DNA of 64,000 nt from Botryllus schlosseri (lineage: Eukaryota). The number at the start of each line of letters is the position of its first letter. Position 1 is the first letter of the stretch. Position numbers and translations under genes: made by a program. The notes under the pieces are model-generated. The model made no database searches, had not been told where the DNA came from, and worked only from the letters and a program-made list of their open reading frames with translations. Location: assembly GCA_051294905.1 (NCBI GenBank), contig CM119372.1, forward strand, positions 27,964,001 to 28,028,000, in the 5' to 3' direction. Of the stretch, positions 49,401 through 63,270 are shown piece after piece.

Positions 49401-52400
49401 TTTCAAAAATTTTATCGCAATTTTAGTATTAGGTCTACGTTACATTATATCACTCACACAACTATATCGCAGACGATTGGTCTACCGTTTTTTTTCTTAT
49501 ATCGCTCTAGCTACGCCACATGCCAATATAACATATAAGTGGTTATAGCCAACGCCGGATTCGAATATTGTGTAAAAATGGCGCTCTCGTCAAGGTCAGG
49601 ACCATCGCATGATATTACAGTCTCATCCGAAAATCGCTAATTGTAGTCGCAATTTCGAATGTCGGTATGTAAGTATAGCCGTCAGAGATGCGCGATTCCC
49701 CATCTACGCTTATTCGAGAATATGGGATTACAAGTGCGAGCCCGATATATAAAGATAAGATCAAGGTAGACATCCATTTATTCCAGTGCTCTAGTCGAAT
49801 TTGAAAAGAAATGCCCATTATTTGGTAGTTCAGCACTCACCCAGCTTCGTATTGAAAACGAATATTCCCGCCATTTCGAACGCCCATGCTTGTAAAGCAT
49901 CGGCGTAACCTGGAATCTGAACAAAGTAATAACTCCTTTCAATGCATTTTAGTTAGTTGCGAGCGGTGAAGTTTTCTGCAGTCACACGCAGTATTCATCG
50001 AAACTACTGTATTTTTGTTGTTGATCGGGAAGGAAGAGGTTCCAACTATACGTCTTTATACTATAGTCAACGCTCGAGATTGCCGGACAGCGACCTGACC
50101 TATCGTATTGAAAGACTACTTCTGCGACTTCTTCCTATCTTTTCCTTTCTCGCAATCTTGTGGTGTCTGGAGCTGATGAAGATATTAAAAACGACCCAAA
50201 CTTGCAATATTTGGATTATTGATTTCGATTTAAGACTTATTCCAAAATTCATGACGCTGAAAAGTGTTACGCAAAATATTTTCTCCAGTTTTGTGAACGA
50301 AAATGTCAATTTGAAAGGGCTATGAACCGTAAATGGATTTCCGAAAACGCTATTCAACGCAATAATATGCTATATTTTAAACCTCCAAATTTTCGTCCCT
50401 CCGCCTCTTCATGTGCGATACCATGTCTTCACAGACCTGTCTTTGTTGATTGCAGTACTTCCACACCGTCTGCTTTTTTAACAAGATTCTATTGATGGGT
50501 TGACGCAACTGAAAAGCATCAATAAAGCTCGTGATTATAAAATGCAAAATTCATATTAGTTTGTGTAAGACGCAGAATATGTTTAGATACTCTGATTTCG
50601 AAGGATGCTGGTGATTTATTTCAAAGCAAAATGCGTCCAACTTATACTCGAGCATACATTTAATAGACATTTTCCCCCCTCTATAGTTAAAATGGTTATA
50701 GTCCATTTTCTGCGACAAGCAGTCGGGAAGAAATCCTGTACATTAGTCCATACTTTCTATCATCCCCAGGAGTCGAGGCGAGAGCTAGGAACTGAGCCGA
50801 AATGTACAAAGCGGGTTCATATTATATAGCAGGGGTGGGCAAACTGCGGCTCTTTAACGGTTGACATTTTTCTAGAGGGGTTAAACGTGATCATGATTAT
50901 ATATTACCGCATTCGATCACGTATTAACAATAAACACATCGTTTTCGTGTTGTTTTGTCCTTACGGTTTACGGTTGAAAAATTAAGGGATGGTGAAACCA
51001 CAAGGTTAGAACCATGCAATTCAACTCCCGAATCCAGTTCACATGAACTTTCCACAACAATGGTGCATGCTCATTGCTCATCAATCAATGATAAATCATT
51101 GTGTTCAACAATGAACTCGATAAAATAATCACAGTAGCGCGGGTCGCGGTCATTTTGTGGACTAACAATGGTGAATATACGGCTCTTCCATTATTATTGG
51201 AAAGACTAACAATAACTGCAGGGTTTGGACACGAAAATGTCATTGAGTGATAATTGCAAGAAATGAAAGTATGAACAGGAGAACAGAACTTGTAAAACTG
51301 AATGGGGAGAAGAGTCCGCATTCAGTGATATTGGAGGTAGGCCACTGTATCCTATCTGTCAATTGATTAGCTCAATAACTATAAACGTAGTAACTTGAAA
51401 CGTCAAGGTTTAGAAACCAAAAACCAAAACTTTGCCACGAGTTGACAAACGAAAAAAGATTTACAGAGTACTAAGATTACAGAGCTGCAATCTCCCTTAA
51501 ATACCGGTAGCAGCACTTGAAGGAACTGCTCCACACTGCGTTGACGTCATATCAGCCCGATTTCAAATACGCTGTAGCCCAGTTGAGGACGCACCGTATC
51601 GCCGCACGATAATAAACTTCATAAGATAGCCTACATTTCATTGTGACGTAATAGATTCGTATTTTCGAATTTTTGTGATGGCTCTTTAAAACCAAGATTT
51701 TTGATATGCGGATCACGCAGGAAGCAGGTCTGTCCACCCCTGTTATATAGGGTATCCCATCCGTAATTGCTATGGCAAGTCTTGATAATTGTTAGGTAAT
51801 TTCAGCATGGTTTTCTCTCATTCTCCAGAGCATAAAGAAATGATTAAAAGTCCGTACTCGGTACCACTCTTCCCCTTTCAAGTTCCCCACTGTGTCCGGA
51901 TATCCCATCATCGATTTGACTTCCCTCAAAACCGCCAGATCGCTTCTAAAAGGCATTCTGCCTTCCAAGCGGAAAAGTCTTTCCGTATCTTCTTTGGTTC
52001 GGCAAAACACCCAATCTTAAAACAATTTCAACAATATCGGCGTGCAGTTAGCAGAGTCACACTGTCATGTCTTACATTTCAATCCTATGCTTTCCTTGTA
52101 GATATCACCGCATTCATGGTGCCGTTTCAGCCACAGATCATTCACTCTCGTGATGTCGAATCCGCGAAACGACGTGTAATCGAGAATTGTTCCAATCAGC
52201 GGAAGTCCCTTAGGCTGGGGTATTTTGTCGAAAGGCAACGCATCACTGAGGGAAATATCGTCTGCAGGGATAGATTTACATCTTTGTTATCAGTGGAATA
52301 ATAAGCATAACCATCCGAGAACTAGTCGCAGATCACAGGAAGAAGATAGTACCCACATCAAACGGTCACGCTGCGTCATAAGCATAATCGAATGTCACGT

Positions 52401-52518
52401 ATGTCGAATTGCGCTATAGAATCTGAGACTCACTTGTAACTGACGATTCTTCCGCTGTGCGCAATTTATGCAGTGTTCTGATGCTGTTTCTATTACCGCT
52501 CAGGAGTTTGGATAACAT
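43457..52518 (-). CDS. Cytochrome P450, mitochondrial clan (CYP24/CYP27-like), 493 aa, 11 exons
   Basis: Exons 52518-52434, 52261-52076, 52015-51858, 50508-50383, 49916-49841, 48444-48326, 47935-47808, 45802-45640, 45586-45460, 43828-43720, 43661-43457; 1482 nt in frame. Basic amphipathic N-terminus MLSKLLSGNRNSIRTLHKLR with no TM anchor, PFDKIPQPKGLPLIG, WYRLR, I-helix GAVETT, ETHR, PERW, heme motif FGVGARACPG. Confidence 0.93.
46085..47779. mobile_element. hAT MITE (CAGTGG family) hosting a GACTC-array element (about 46480-47513) and a SINE fragment (about 47098-47232)
   Basis: Perfect TSD ttctagat; the inner terminus gtgacttgatccccaaca matches 63271 in reverse. Confidence 0.85.
48989..49236 (-). 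mobile_element. tRNA-derived SINE, family 2
   Basis: Colinear with 29031-29303. Confidence 0.82.
50830..51742. mobile_element. hAT MITE (CAGGGG family)
   Basis: caggggtgggca / tgtccacccctg, perfect TSD ttatatag. Confidence 0.88.
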
Positions 52519-52814
52519 AGAGCCTGACTGCATTCTAAACATGCATGTAAGAACTGGCTATAGCGGATAATATCTAGAATGAGATCATCGCGTTTATATC
52601 TGTAGCGTAGGATGAGTATCGAAGGGCTCAATACGATAAATCCCGAACAAGATAAGATGTAGCATGTGGATTATAGAGTGGGTTGGAGCACATAGTAAAA
52701 TTTATTTTGTGTCTGGGACGAAGGTCACGACCTTAACAAATGGGTATTGGGTATCTAATCTGCTAACATTGATTACGTTTCAACATTGCAATCCATCCCG
52801 TCGTATACACTATA

Positions 52815-54020
52815 CAGCACTTCGTCAACCCCCCTAAAAACGATTGCTTTGCGCACCCATAGCGTGATAAGCCGAACTTCTGAGGGCTTCGCCTCCACGA
52901 ACCCCATATCGTGATTTCAATGGTCAGCAAAGTTTGTGTGGCCTGGTCGCCCTAGGTACCAAAATTTTCTATAATGCATGAATGAATAGGTGGTAATTAC
53001 ATATATAAGTCGCTATAAACTTAGTATCCTCTCAGCCCACGTAATCAGATTTACCAGTAGCACTGAGTGAGCTGTTGTATAGGAAAATAAAGGGCAAGTA
53101 ATTAATAATTAAACATATTCTGGCGTGCCCGCAGGTACAAATATTCGTTACCAGGGCCGTAACAGCACTTCATCAGCCCCCCCCAAAAAAACAAAAAACG
53201 TTGGTCCTGGGCCCCCATCGGGTGATAAACCAAACTTCTGGGGAACTTCACTCCCAGACCCCCATTAGGCTGTCCGCTATTTGCTGATAGCCTATTAGGT
53301 ATCTACATTGGGTGTCCATTTACTGAGGCAGCTATTATCGCCTAGTCGCGCGAGGCGCGAAAAATTTCACTAATTAATGATTGAATTGGTCAATATCATC
53401 GGGAATCGCATGTAAATTGAGAACAATTTTTATCCTCTCTCTGCTCACGTAATCACATTTACCGGTAGAGCTGAGTGAGGTGCAATGTTCCCTCTAAGCT
53501 GCGCACGTGTGCAGTGCTGACACGGTCTCTGCGCACAGAAAATCTATGTTGCGCACAACAAATCCGAAGTTATTACCTTTTTTAGTCGTTACGCACTATT
53601 GTCCAAGGGTCAGCGCAGTGAGTTGTTGAGTGTGCGCAGACTCATCAAAACTTAAAGCGAACATTGTGAGGTTTCTTGGAAACTGTAGGGCCCGTTACTA
53701 ATAATTAAACATATTCGGGCGGGCGAACCCGTTGGTTATTTCGTGCCCCCCTGTCTGCAATATCAAAAAATATAGAATCGCTCAACGGGGATATCGCCCA
53801 ACAGGAATATCCCTGTCGCCCAATCGTACTAAACTAAGAGACGCACATGATTTCAGATTGGTATTTCTTCACTGACATGTAATTTTTCCCTGCCAGATGG
53901 AATTCGTCTTCTGGGGTTCAGATTGTCAAGACAGGAACATTCGGTGTCAGTCATTTAGGCGCCCATGGACAATTAAGCCTATATGTATTTTGAAGGCTAT
54001 ATGTAACGAAGTTTACGGTG
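52815..54020. mobile_element. Two adjacent or nested fragments of the CAGGGCCGTA family (one starting at 53152) plus a small MITE at about 53483-53666
   Basis: Homology to 545-1380 and 2750-2890; inner TIR caatgttc...gaacattg. Confidence 0.7.
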
Positions 54021-54514
54021 GTAATTTGCTTTGAATACTCATTAAGGTTATGTCCTATTACCACATCATCTACTGCGAAGCCATTTTTCTCCAGCGCCCC
54101 CCATACCGCCCCCCTGAGCCCAGCGCCCCCCATATCGCCCCCTGAGCGTTTCCGCCCCCTTCAAAATCGCCAGCGCCCCCTGGGGGGCGCTGGGGGCAAG
54201 GTTAAGAACCACTGATTTAGCTCATTAGTTGCGATAAAACGTAGACACACCACTAAAATTGATTATTGCTAATCAATTATAGCTTCAAACTTCGATGGAG
54301 CATGACGACGATGCATTTCGCCGTTACTCTTATAATTATATAAATGAAAACACTACACCAACGCAGTAAGTGCTATTAAGTACATTTATGCCTCTGTCAG
54401 CGCACCAAATTACGTCTCTGCGCGGCAGGAAATTGGTAAGGTAGGAAACAAAAAATATCGTAATTTGCATCACGAATTAATTTTGTTACACCGTGTTAGT
54501 GCGACACTATAAAA

Positions 54515-56183
54515 CAGGGGTGGGCAATTATTTTTCTACGCGGGCCAAATGAGAGGCATGAAATATGTTGGCGGGCCGAGTCAGGAATTTTAGCTCTATT
54601 CTCCAGCGTTTTGATTTTATTTCTTAATTGAAAGCAGTGCATTACAGTTTAAATGGTGCTCAGTGGGTGTGTTGATATTGGGGAATGAGAAAGTGCGACG
54701 GTTGATTACCAAAACAAAATACTTATTCGCCGTCATATTTTGAAACAATGTTAAACATGATGCATTTTGAACTCTCTTTAAACCCCTATCCCCGTTTTAC
54801 TATCAATGCATTAAAATGTATCTGGGAAGACTGAAACAGCCCGTCGTCAGCCCCCCCCACGTTGGCCCCCCATAGAGTTATAAACCAAACTCCTGGGGCT
54901 TCGCCCCTATACCAGACTCCATCGGGATGCACGTTTTAACACTAGGCTACTTCTAAGCGAGAATACACTAATTGGCAACGTTTTATGCTCTAATCGCGCG
55001 AAGAGCGGATTTTTTTTTCATGATTCATGATTTAATCGGTCAATAACAATGGTAATTGCATACATATTGCTATATTTTGTAACCTCTCTCAGCCCACGTA
55101 CTCGATTTTACCGCTAGAGCTGAGTGAGGTGCTGTCTTGGAAATATCCGGGAGGGCCCGTTGGTATAATTACTTCATCGTTAGATATATTGTTATTTCGT
55201 GACCTCCTGTCTGCTATGAGAAAAGATATTGAAATCGCCAAAGCTTACTAGACTAAAAGACGCACACGATTCCCAATTGGTATTTGTTCACTTGCAAATA
55301 TTGCCTATGGACAATTGGACATCGTGGTTTTCGGTCAACATAAGGTCAGTCCTTTTCGGCCAAGGTTTTTTTGCTGAAGAGCGTTTTCCCCTTTACTTAG
55401 TTCATCTGATCATCAGTTGCAATTACAATGCCTTATCGGAATTCCGTGTTGGCCTAAACTTCATATATCTTTGTGCATCGTGGCGCCGTAATGGCTCACG
55501 CCGAAATGGCCAATTCTACATACCATAGAGCTCTAAATCGCACCCTGCGCGAGAAAAAATTTGAAGAATTTGTTTAAATTTTCAAAAAAATACCATATAA
55601 TTTATGGTCATTCACGAAATAATTTTGGGCGCCGTTCGAGCTCGCCTCCCAATTGGGGGATTTGGGGTGCGGCAGTAATGGTCCTGGGGATACTATAAAG
55701 CTTATTGTCTTGGTGGCTGGTTTCCGAGAAGTGTGCAGCTTGCCGAGATGGCCTTGTTGTTGAGCCAAGCTTGCAGTTATTCCGAAATTCGCCTTCCCTT
55801 GATCGAGTGTATGTCTTCGTGTTTTTGTCATAAAACCGACTTAAATTATACTCATTAAACACGGCGACATGCCCGGCACTAACTACTAAAATGACTAAAA
55901 TATTTAGTCCCCCGATCCGAACCATTTTTGAATTTCAACTTTCGGCTTTCTTTTTTTGACATCCTTTATAGGTGGTGATATACTCATGGAATTCACGAGC
56001 ACTGATTGACTTGTTTTACGAATTAGGGATACGAATTAGGATACGAATTTCGGTTCAGTCTATACGTCCTATGGTTTTAGTCCACACAGCAACACTAAAA
56101 AGTAGGTTCTACATTTGCAATTTCCAGCAACCTTTCGCGGGCCGCACAGAATAGCTCCGCGGGCCGCACTTTGCCCAGGTCTG
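54515..56183. mobile_element. hAT element (CAGGGG family) containing a CAGGGCCGTA-family copy (about 54830-55686)
   Basis: Perfect TSD ctataaaa; the internal segment is homologous to the 541-3209 family. Confidence 0.82.
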
Positions 56184-56686
56184 CTATAAAATATCGTACC
56201 GGTACATTGCGGTAAATCTATCATACCGTGATCCTACTTTGCAATCTGATGGATTGACTGAAAACATTGGTCATGTCACGGTGTAGCTACTAGTTATAGT
56301 AAAAATGCACCACGAATTCCGAGTTTATATATACATGTTCCGAATGCATCAAATTTTTGTCGTAATATACTACCAAGGGGATTGGCTAAATATGATTATA
56401 TCTAAATGCAGTGGCCTAGCCAAGGAGCGAAAGGCGTATATGCCGCATCTAACCATCCGAGTTGAACATTGTGGCGTTATTCGTTTCCTCGCAATGAATA
56501 TTCGTGTTGTCAATTCATTGTTTCAAAAAATTCTTCCGCTATGAAAATAATTGAACATGGCTACGGTATACTGAGCATGTCATCGATCGCGCAGAAATGA
56601 TATTGATTATTCGGAAAAGGCTACAATGCCGTACTGGGCCGGTAACACGTGATAACTTATAGCATAATTTAACTATGGTTACGGTA

Positions 56687-56946
56687 TGGCGAGATAACGT
56701 AGTGGTTTAATCCACAGCTGCAACACAAATGGTTAGCGCGTTACAGTCCGACCGAGGGCGACTTCAGAATTCCTACCTAAGTGTTGTTGTTCATTTTGAC
56801 TCCTCCTCGCAACGTGATCCGCGCGAGAGCTGTCTTATAAAAGCTTAGAACCGGGCCGAGCTACAAGTCGGTAAATACGGAATAAAAATAAAGAATATTG
56901 GCCTGGTGTGAAATGACCATGAACACCATGAATATCAAACAAACAA
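56687..56946 (+). mobile_element. tRNA-derived SINE, family 2
   Basis: tggcgagataacgtagtgg head, CAAA tail, homologous to 29031-29303. Confidence 0.78.
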
Positions 56947-57164
56947 CTATGGTTACGATTTATTTGAGAACATCCAAGGATAATTCCGTAAGTGCTATTC
57001 TAAATACTAAATCTTCCTGCGAAAAATGGGCACGGTCACACAGTGAATGAGTCAACGTTCAACTTCAACTCGTACCCGAGTAGAATATGCAATACAGAGG
57101 TGTTTTCAAAGTTCGAATGAAGATGGCTTTACCGCGGCGATACAGGGTACATATCTCTCAATAC

Positions 57165-57467
57165 TAGGGATCTCAAACACGCAGCCCGCGAAAAATTTTT
57201 GTCCGCCCGCGTCGAAAGCAAGTGCAAAAACAATTTTATTCAAATATGCGACTTTTTCGTGGCAAGCGTGGATTGCTTCATGGTAAATCACATTTTCACG
57301 ATCGGTGTGGAATAACAATCAGCATAATCGCGTCAAATAAACCTACTTGCCTCTTTGGAAAGACAGTGAACACCGAACATGGTACCCATATTATTGATGC
57401 AGCGGCCCGCAGCGTCATCATAAACTAGGAAATTGGCCCGCGAGAAACTTTGAGTTTGAGACCCCTG
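57165..57467. mobile_element. hAT MITE
   Basis: tagggatctcaaac / gtttgagacccctg, TSD ctcaatac/ctctatac. Confidence 0.8.
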
Positions 57468-57504
57468 CTCTATACCGTAGATTCCACCGAATATCCGTCT
57501 AGGT

Positions 57505-58804
57505 CAGTGGTGCCCACCCTTTTTGTCTTCATTCCCCACTTCAGATTTATTCCTAGTCTTCATTCCCCACCACCCAAAACTACGGTCGTATTTCCTCATA
57601 ACTTGGGCCATTACGGAGCAGATATTTGCTTGTTTGAGTATAACTGCAACATAAAACGTATTTTGAACCGATACCGGTAACCCTAAAAATTTAGCGAAAG
57701 TGTTATTTACGTCATACTGGTCGTGCTGGGTGCGTTTGTGACGCCATAATTGGTTATCCAGAGTTAGATGACTTTTCGTGAACAACACCAATGTTGCCAA
57801 CTGGCGCATTCTTTCAAAGGTCGGTTGGCAACGAAAACTTACGTTTGGCGCGTTGGCTCCGATTTGGCGCATTTTACTATTAAATTATTTAACAATTCAA
57901 ACTGATGTAAAGTCGAATCGCTCTTCTTTAGTTCTCGTTCTAGCCTTGAATATCAGGATTTTCCAGGCCTCTGTTATCATTGAGCGGCTTATTGCCATCG
58001 CAGTGCTCCATATTCTAGAAATCTAGATCACGGGTCACCAAGGCGGTGCCCGCGGGCCCCAGGTAGCCCACAAGGACCAGATGAGTCGCCCGCGGGCCTG
58101 TTCTAAACTAGTAACAGCTCATACCAGTGAGCTTTTATATAATGAGATTGATTATTTAGTTGTTTTTGTGTAAATCACACTGACATGTAAACTTAAATAC
58201 TCCAGTCACTTACCCGCTTCAATATTTTACTGTTTTTTTGGCTGTAACACATTTTGTGTTCACAATAGAGACAGATGAAAACATCCTGACTCTACGAACA
58301 GTGGGTGTCGAGATGTGCAATTGTACCCCCTTGTGCGCAGAAATTTGGGGGTTGCCGGCTGGAAAATAAGGGCAATTCCCTAAAGTCAATTTTTATTCGG
58401 GTTTTAGGTTATTTGTCGGGATTTAAGAATCCCCTTTCTTCGATTTAAAAAAATAGTTATTCTAACTCCACCCTAATGTGAAAGTGCACAGGCTATTGAC
58501 AACGTAGGCTATCTGTGTTTTAGGTGTAATTTATAAGCATATTGGTTGAAATCGAAAATTGATGGCTCACTGAAGGGTCATTTGGCACATTTTGGAGAGC
58601 AATTTGGCTCTTTTGGACCACCAGCAGTATGCAACACTGAACAACACTACGCAATATAATTTTCGATACATACATTCCAGAGCAGTTTACTGGTAACGGT
58701 AATATCGCATGTGTCTCCGCAAATATGTAGACTATCCTGTACATGTTTAACAAACGCGTCTATTCCCCACCAGTGGGGAATTCTCCATCAGTTGGGAACC
58801 ACTG
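57505..58804. mobile_element. hAT MITE (CAGTGG family)
   Basis: TSD gtctaggt/gtctgggt; ends resemble 26879-27738. Confidence 0.8.
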
Positions 58805-60938
58805 GTCTGGGTCTACATTACAAAGAAAATTTGTCGATATCGCAAATTGAACGTCCAACAAACTGCCTATGTCGTCCCACGGCTTCAATATTTGTATTCA
58901 GTGGCGCAGTCAAACACTGTATTATTCCTTTGTAATCTGTGGGGTCTTTCCCTTCACCTTTGAGGTGATGCCATGACAAGTACATATTCGATGGTGATAA
59001 AGCAGCATATAGCATTACTGTTATGATTACTATACTCAGTGCGCATGGTCGATAATATTAAACTGCTGTCACTTCCGGAGAGCCACACATTTCACACACA
59101 TTTACAGAAAGATTGAATGATGAGCAAAATAATATTGCTCTCCACGTCAGAAATACCAAGATACAATTTTTCGGAATTCAACTTCTGTTCCAGGTATGAG
59201 TTTCAAATCCATGTTTAAATCCAAATCCTGGTATCATAATATGTTGTTGCAATCTAAATCCATGAGAACTGAGTCAAAGTTGTCCCACATTCGCGTGGAA
59301 TTTAACTTCATTCCGGATTTATGTCCAATTCCAAATAGGGTTTAATTTCAAGTCTGAATCCGAAGCCTCTATATTTCCTTGGATTCGTCTTTTCCTCGAA
59401 CCCTCTTACAATCACGATACATAGACATATACCGCAAGGGTTCGCCTCTAACCCCCCCCCCCCCCGGACTTCGTAAAGTAGCCTATGGCCACAGCCATAC
59501 ACGACGGTTAAAATTGCCTATAATATGGCCACAAAAATCAACCCTTGGACAATGTAATGAATATGATTGAATAATTATGCATTACGAATTTCAATATTAC
59601 CTCCATATCTTGATCATGTACGTAGCTCACAACTTACAAACACATTTTACTAAGGTTATTTAATTCTATAGAAGTCGTTCTCCACCTTCTTACAACGTGA
59701 CCCAAATTTGAACAAATGTTGGTAACGTCTTGTGACACAAATAATATTCATACACGAAAAGTCTTCTTATGAGACTTTCTGAAGACAAAATTATCAGATT
59801 TGCTTCCGCAGCAGCCAGCAGCCAACAGCCACAATTTTAGTTCACTAATGATTCAAACTGCGCGTCGCGATAGCAATTAGCATAGCGATATGTAAACTTC
59901 GCAGGCAACTCACATATCTCTCTGCAGGTTGCTGTTTCCACGGCCCTGCTTAAACGCATACTGCCTTATACCTTTTCACTCATTCACAAATCCCCCTTCC
60001 ACGTGTAGGCTTACTGTTTGTTGCCAATGATAGTTTTTGAACAGTGATATGAAGTATGCCAAAGGTGACTTTACCTGTTGTAGGCTCGCATTCAAGCATG
60101 CTCTATCAGGGAAATGCCCCCAGCAAGGCGAACCAATCGACACAAGGGCTTTTAACCACTGACCTAGAATTCTAGACATCCCTATACGTCTGCATATTAT
60201 CCAATTACCACCCTCAAATAAAGAGTAAATGGAGTGAGCCACGCAAGACTAACAAACTCATCGACAGCCAGGTTATGGTTGCAGCGCAGCTATACTGCTA
60301 CAGCCACACCAAAAGACTCATATATGCTACTATACAGAATATGATTGGCTTTACAGAACATACACTGCTATTATGCATATACCTCTCAACTCAATCTGAT
60401 GCAAGTTCTATGTCGACGATATAATGCAGCATCCTTGTTACACAGCACAGCATACCCTATTAAAAATTTCAATACATGCAACTACTACCAGTTATTGCGT
60501 GAATATCATGCCGGATACTATACATACGACGATTCTTTGAAACTTGGAATAGCCTATTATGTCATATCTCGTACGGCGACTTACAGAACAAAGGAGCCAG
60601 ACTCCTGACAACATCAAATCCTTGAGCGCAACCAAAACGGTTCATCGAGTCGACATCGGGTAATATAAGACGCTTCAGGCTACGCTTCAACACAGAACAC
60701 TGAGTTGCTATGTATCCCCTTTTACGAAGCTATATTTATCGCAAGAAGGTATTCATTGATGCGAAAGCGTATATATCAAGTATCGTTCAATACACGCAGA
60801 TTTCCTTTCGTACCGAGATCTTCGACAAGGCAAAGTGCACAAAATGATTTATATTTTCGAAATGGAGTTCGGGTTGTTCTGCTTCGTATATAATCAATCA
60901 TCGCGTTATCTGTCCAATGCAGATACCTACAACTAGAG

Positions 60939-62438
60939 CAGCGGTTCTCAACCTTTTTGGATATGCGCCCCCTGACCCCCCTGCACTTATCGTCATGTCA
61001 AAAATAGTACATCATCTAATACTGAGGTAGGCAACCTTTTTGCTAATCACGGCCGCATTTCGAATACTTATGTAGCCAAAGGTCGCATTCCAGGGCATAG
61101 CAGTAATGAACAAACTGGGCGCAAAATACTTATGTTAATCTGACAATATCCATTCCCGTTTAACTCCGGACTATTCTACTTTTCACAACGGCCTATTGTA
61201 CGCACCGAAATCGCGAGTGGAAATGTTATGAATAGTCGCTGAAATTGCATATTGTCAGTAATTAATATTAGCAGAATCACATATTACTTTCAAATATTTA
61301 TCCTTTCTCCGCCCATGTAATCAGATTCACCGGTAGGTTCATGAAGGGAGTGCTTTCGAAAATTTAGGGCAAGTTGTAAATGATAATGCATCATTAGTCG
61401 CTTCGTTGCATGCTGATATTTCTTGACCTCCCATCAGGATTGTCGATTGTATCGGTAGTGGAAATAGCGGAAATATATTGAAATCGCCCAAATGTACCAT
61501 CAACAAATTTATTTCGCGAGGAGCACACCATTCCGATTCCTGCTCATATTGAGAAGGGCGTACTACTATATCAGATTCGAAAAATGAAGCTATGTTGAAT
61601 TACGCGGAGCGCGAAGAAAATTTCAAGATTACTTAAAATCTCTTAAACCATTTAGGAGTGAATTCGAAATTTCCATTTGCATGTCGACGGTCGCCAACAC
61701 ATACTAATTTAATTAGGTGTCGACAGCCACACAAATTTCCTTCTACGGCTGCAGGTCGCCCATCCCTGGTCTAATCGTATACATATGGTGTCTTATGCCA
61801 AGTTTAAATCCGCATTCCCGTTGCTGAGTCTTTAACATTTCTGACAAATTTCCCCAAACTTGTTTGAAAATAGCAAAGAACATTGAGTGGGACATCATTT
61901 CATTTCAAGGTAGGTTGCACTGAGACTAATCCTAATGCTGGTTGTGGCTACAGAGCTCACGGCGTCGTTCTGTACTGCTGCCATACTAAATTTGATCAGT
62001 TTTGGAATTGAATTAGATTGTGTTGATATAGGGTAGCCTAATTGAGGGCGAAACTGAGCAACCTATACTGCATCCAAGTCTGTCTTAGGCAGTGCAGTTC
62101 GCCAGCTATTAACAACAGCTAGCGCACCGAGCTTTAGGCTACTGCCAACGCTATGAATTAATGAATGACTTATAGACGTGGGAATTGCTCTAAACCTGCA
62201 AAGAATATCAAAAATTTGCTCAAATGAACTTGAAATCAGCCTATCCTCCATTGAGCGCGACTGCTGGAGTTTGAATTTGGAGAGCTTTCTTGAATACGAA
62301 ATAAAGTTTTATCTTCAACAATCGTCTTCCCAGAATGGTTGTGAAACACATGTTTAGTCATAATTCATACAGACTTTGTCAATTTCTCGCCCCCCTGAGA
62401 GCCTCCCGCGCCCCCCCCCCCCAGGTTGAGAACCACTG
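60939..62438. mobile_element. Composite hAT MITE, reverse copy of 22190-23544
   Basis: Perfect TSD aactagag; carries the same inner element (about 61022-61768). Confidence 0.88.
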
Positions 62439-63270
62439 AACTAGAGGGATGATGTGAACCGATGAAAGGTTCTGGTTTGTGTGATCACGAGCCTTTAGAT
62501 AAGGTTCGCTGTGAACGCGAACGTGAACGTGAATACGATCCTCTGACGTCACATGACGTCACGTGACGCTACAATTCCTATTTCAAATATCACATTTTCA
62601 GAAGGAAATTGCTGTGCAGGTGGACATTGTACCATTTTTAAAAGACAAAATAGATAAGTTTTCAAAACAAAATAATACCCTATTGCCACTCTGTCGTTCA
62701 GAAGTATCAAATCTGGATAGACACGCTGGAGCTCGTGAACTCTCCCTGACTACATTCACGTATGTGATGTTACAGCTTGATCACTATCCCGAATGGTGTG
62801 CAGCTTGGTTAAATCGTCCTCTTATATTTGTAATTTTGCTGGCAGGTTTTCCGAATTCGTCTTCTCGCAGCTTCAGCCGAATGACTGCATGCTTACTGCT
62901 TATGTCATTTTCCTGACTTAAATTAACCCATGTTATATCGACTTTATTATGAATAGGCTACATATTACGCCAGGTATCGGTTACCCCTGGCACGCGCGCC
63001 AAATGTGGCACGCAAGATAATTTTTCATGGCACGCTAAATGAGTTGATGTGCATTATTATATTCACGTTTCTCACAACAAGTGAAACAAAAGTTTTTAAA
63101 ATTTAAAAAGCTCGAAGGTGAATACAAATTATTTCGTACAGGAACATGAAGTAGCCTAGGGTCTTTTGGGACCGATTTTATTTTTGTTCAAAATTTTCTT
63201 CGCACTTCCCATGTATAATCTATATTTGGCCAAGGGGCTGTAAAAAGCGCAGGTCTTCCCTACGCTGATG

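Noticed and set aside
51789..52301. 170-aa plus-strand ORF
   Set aside because: It is the antisense shadow of P450 exons 2-3 and has no recognisable motif.
59780..60900. Possible further gene in this less repetitive stretch
   Set aside because: I could not build a recognisable protein or a consistent exon chain by eye.
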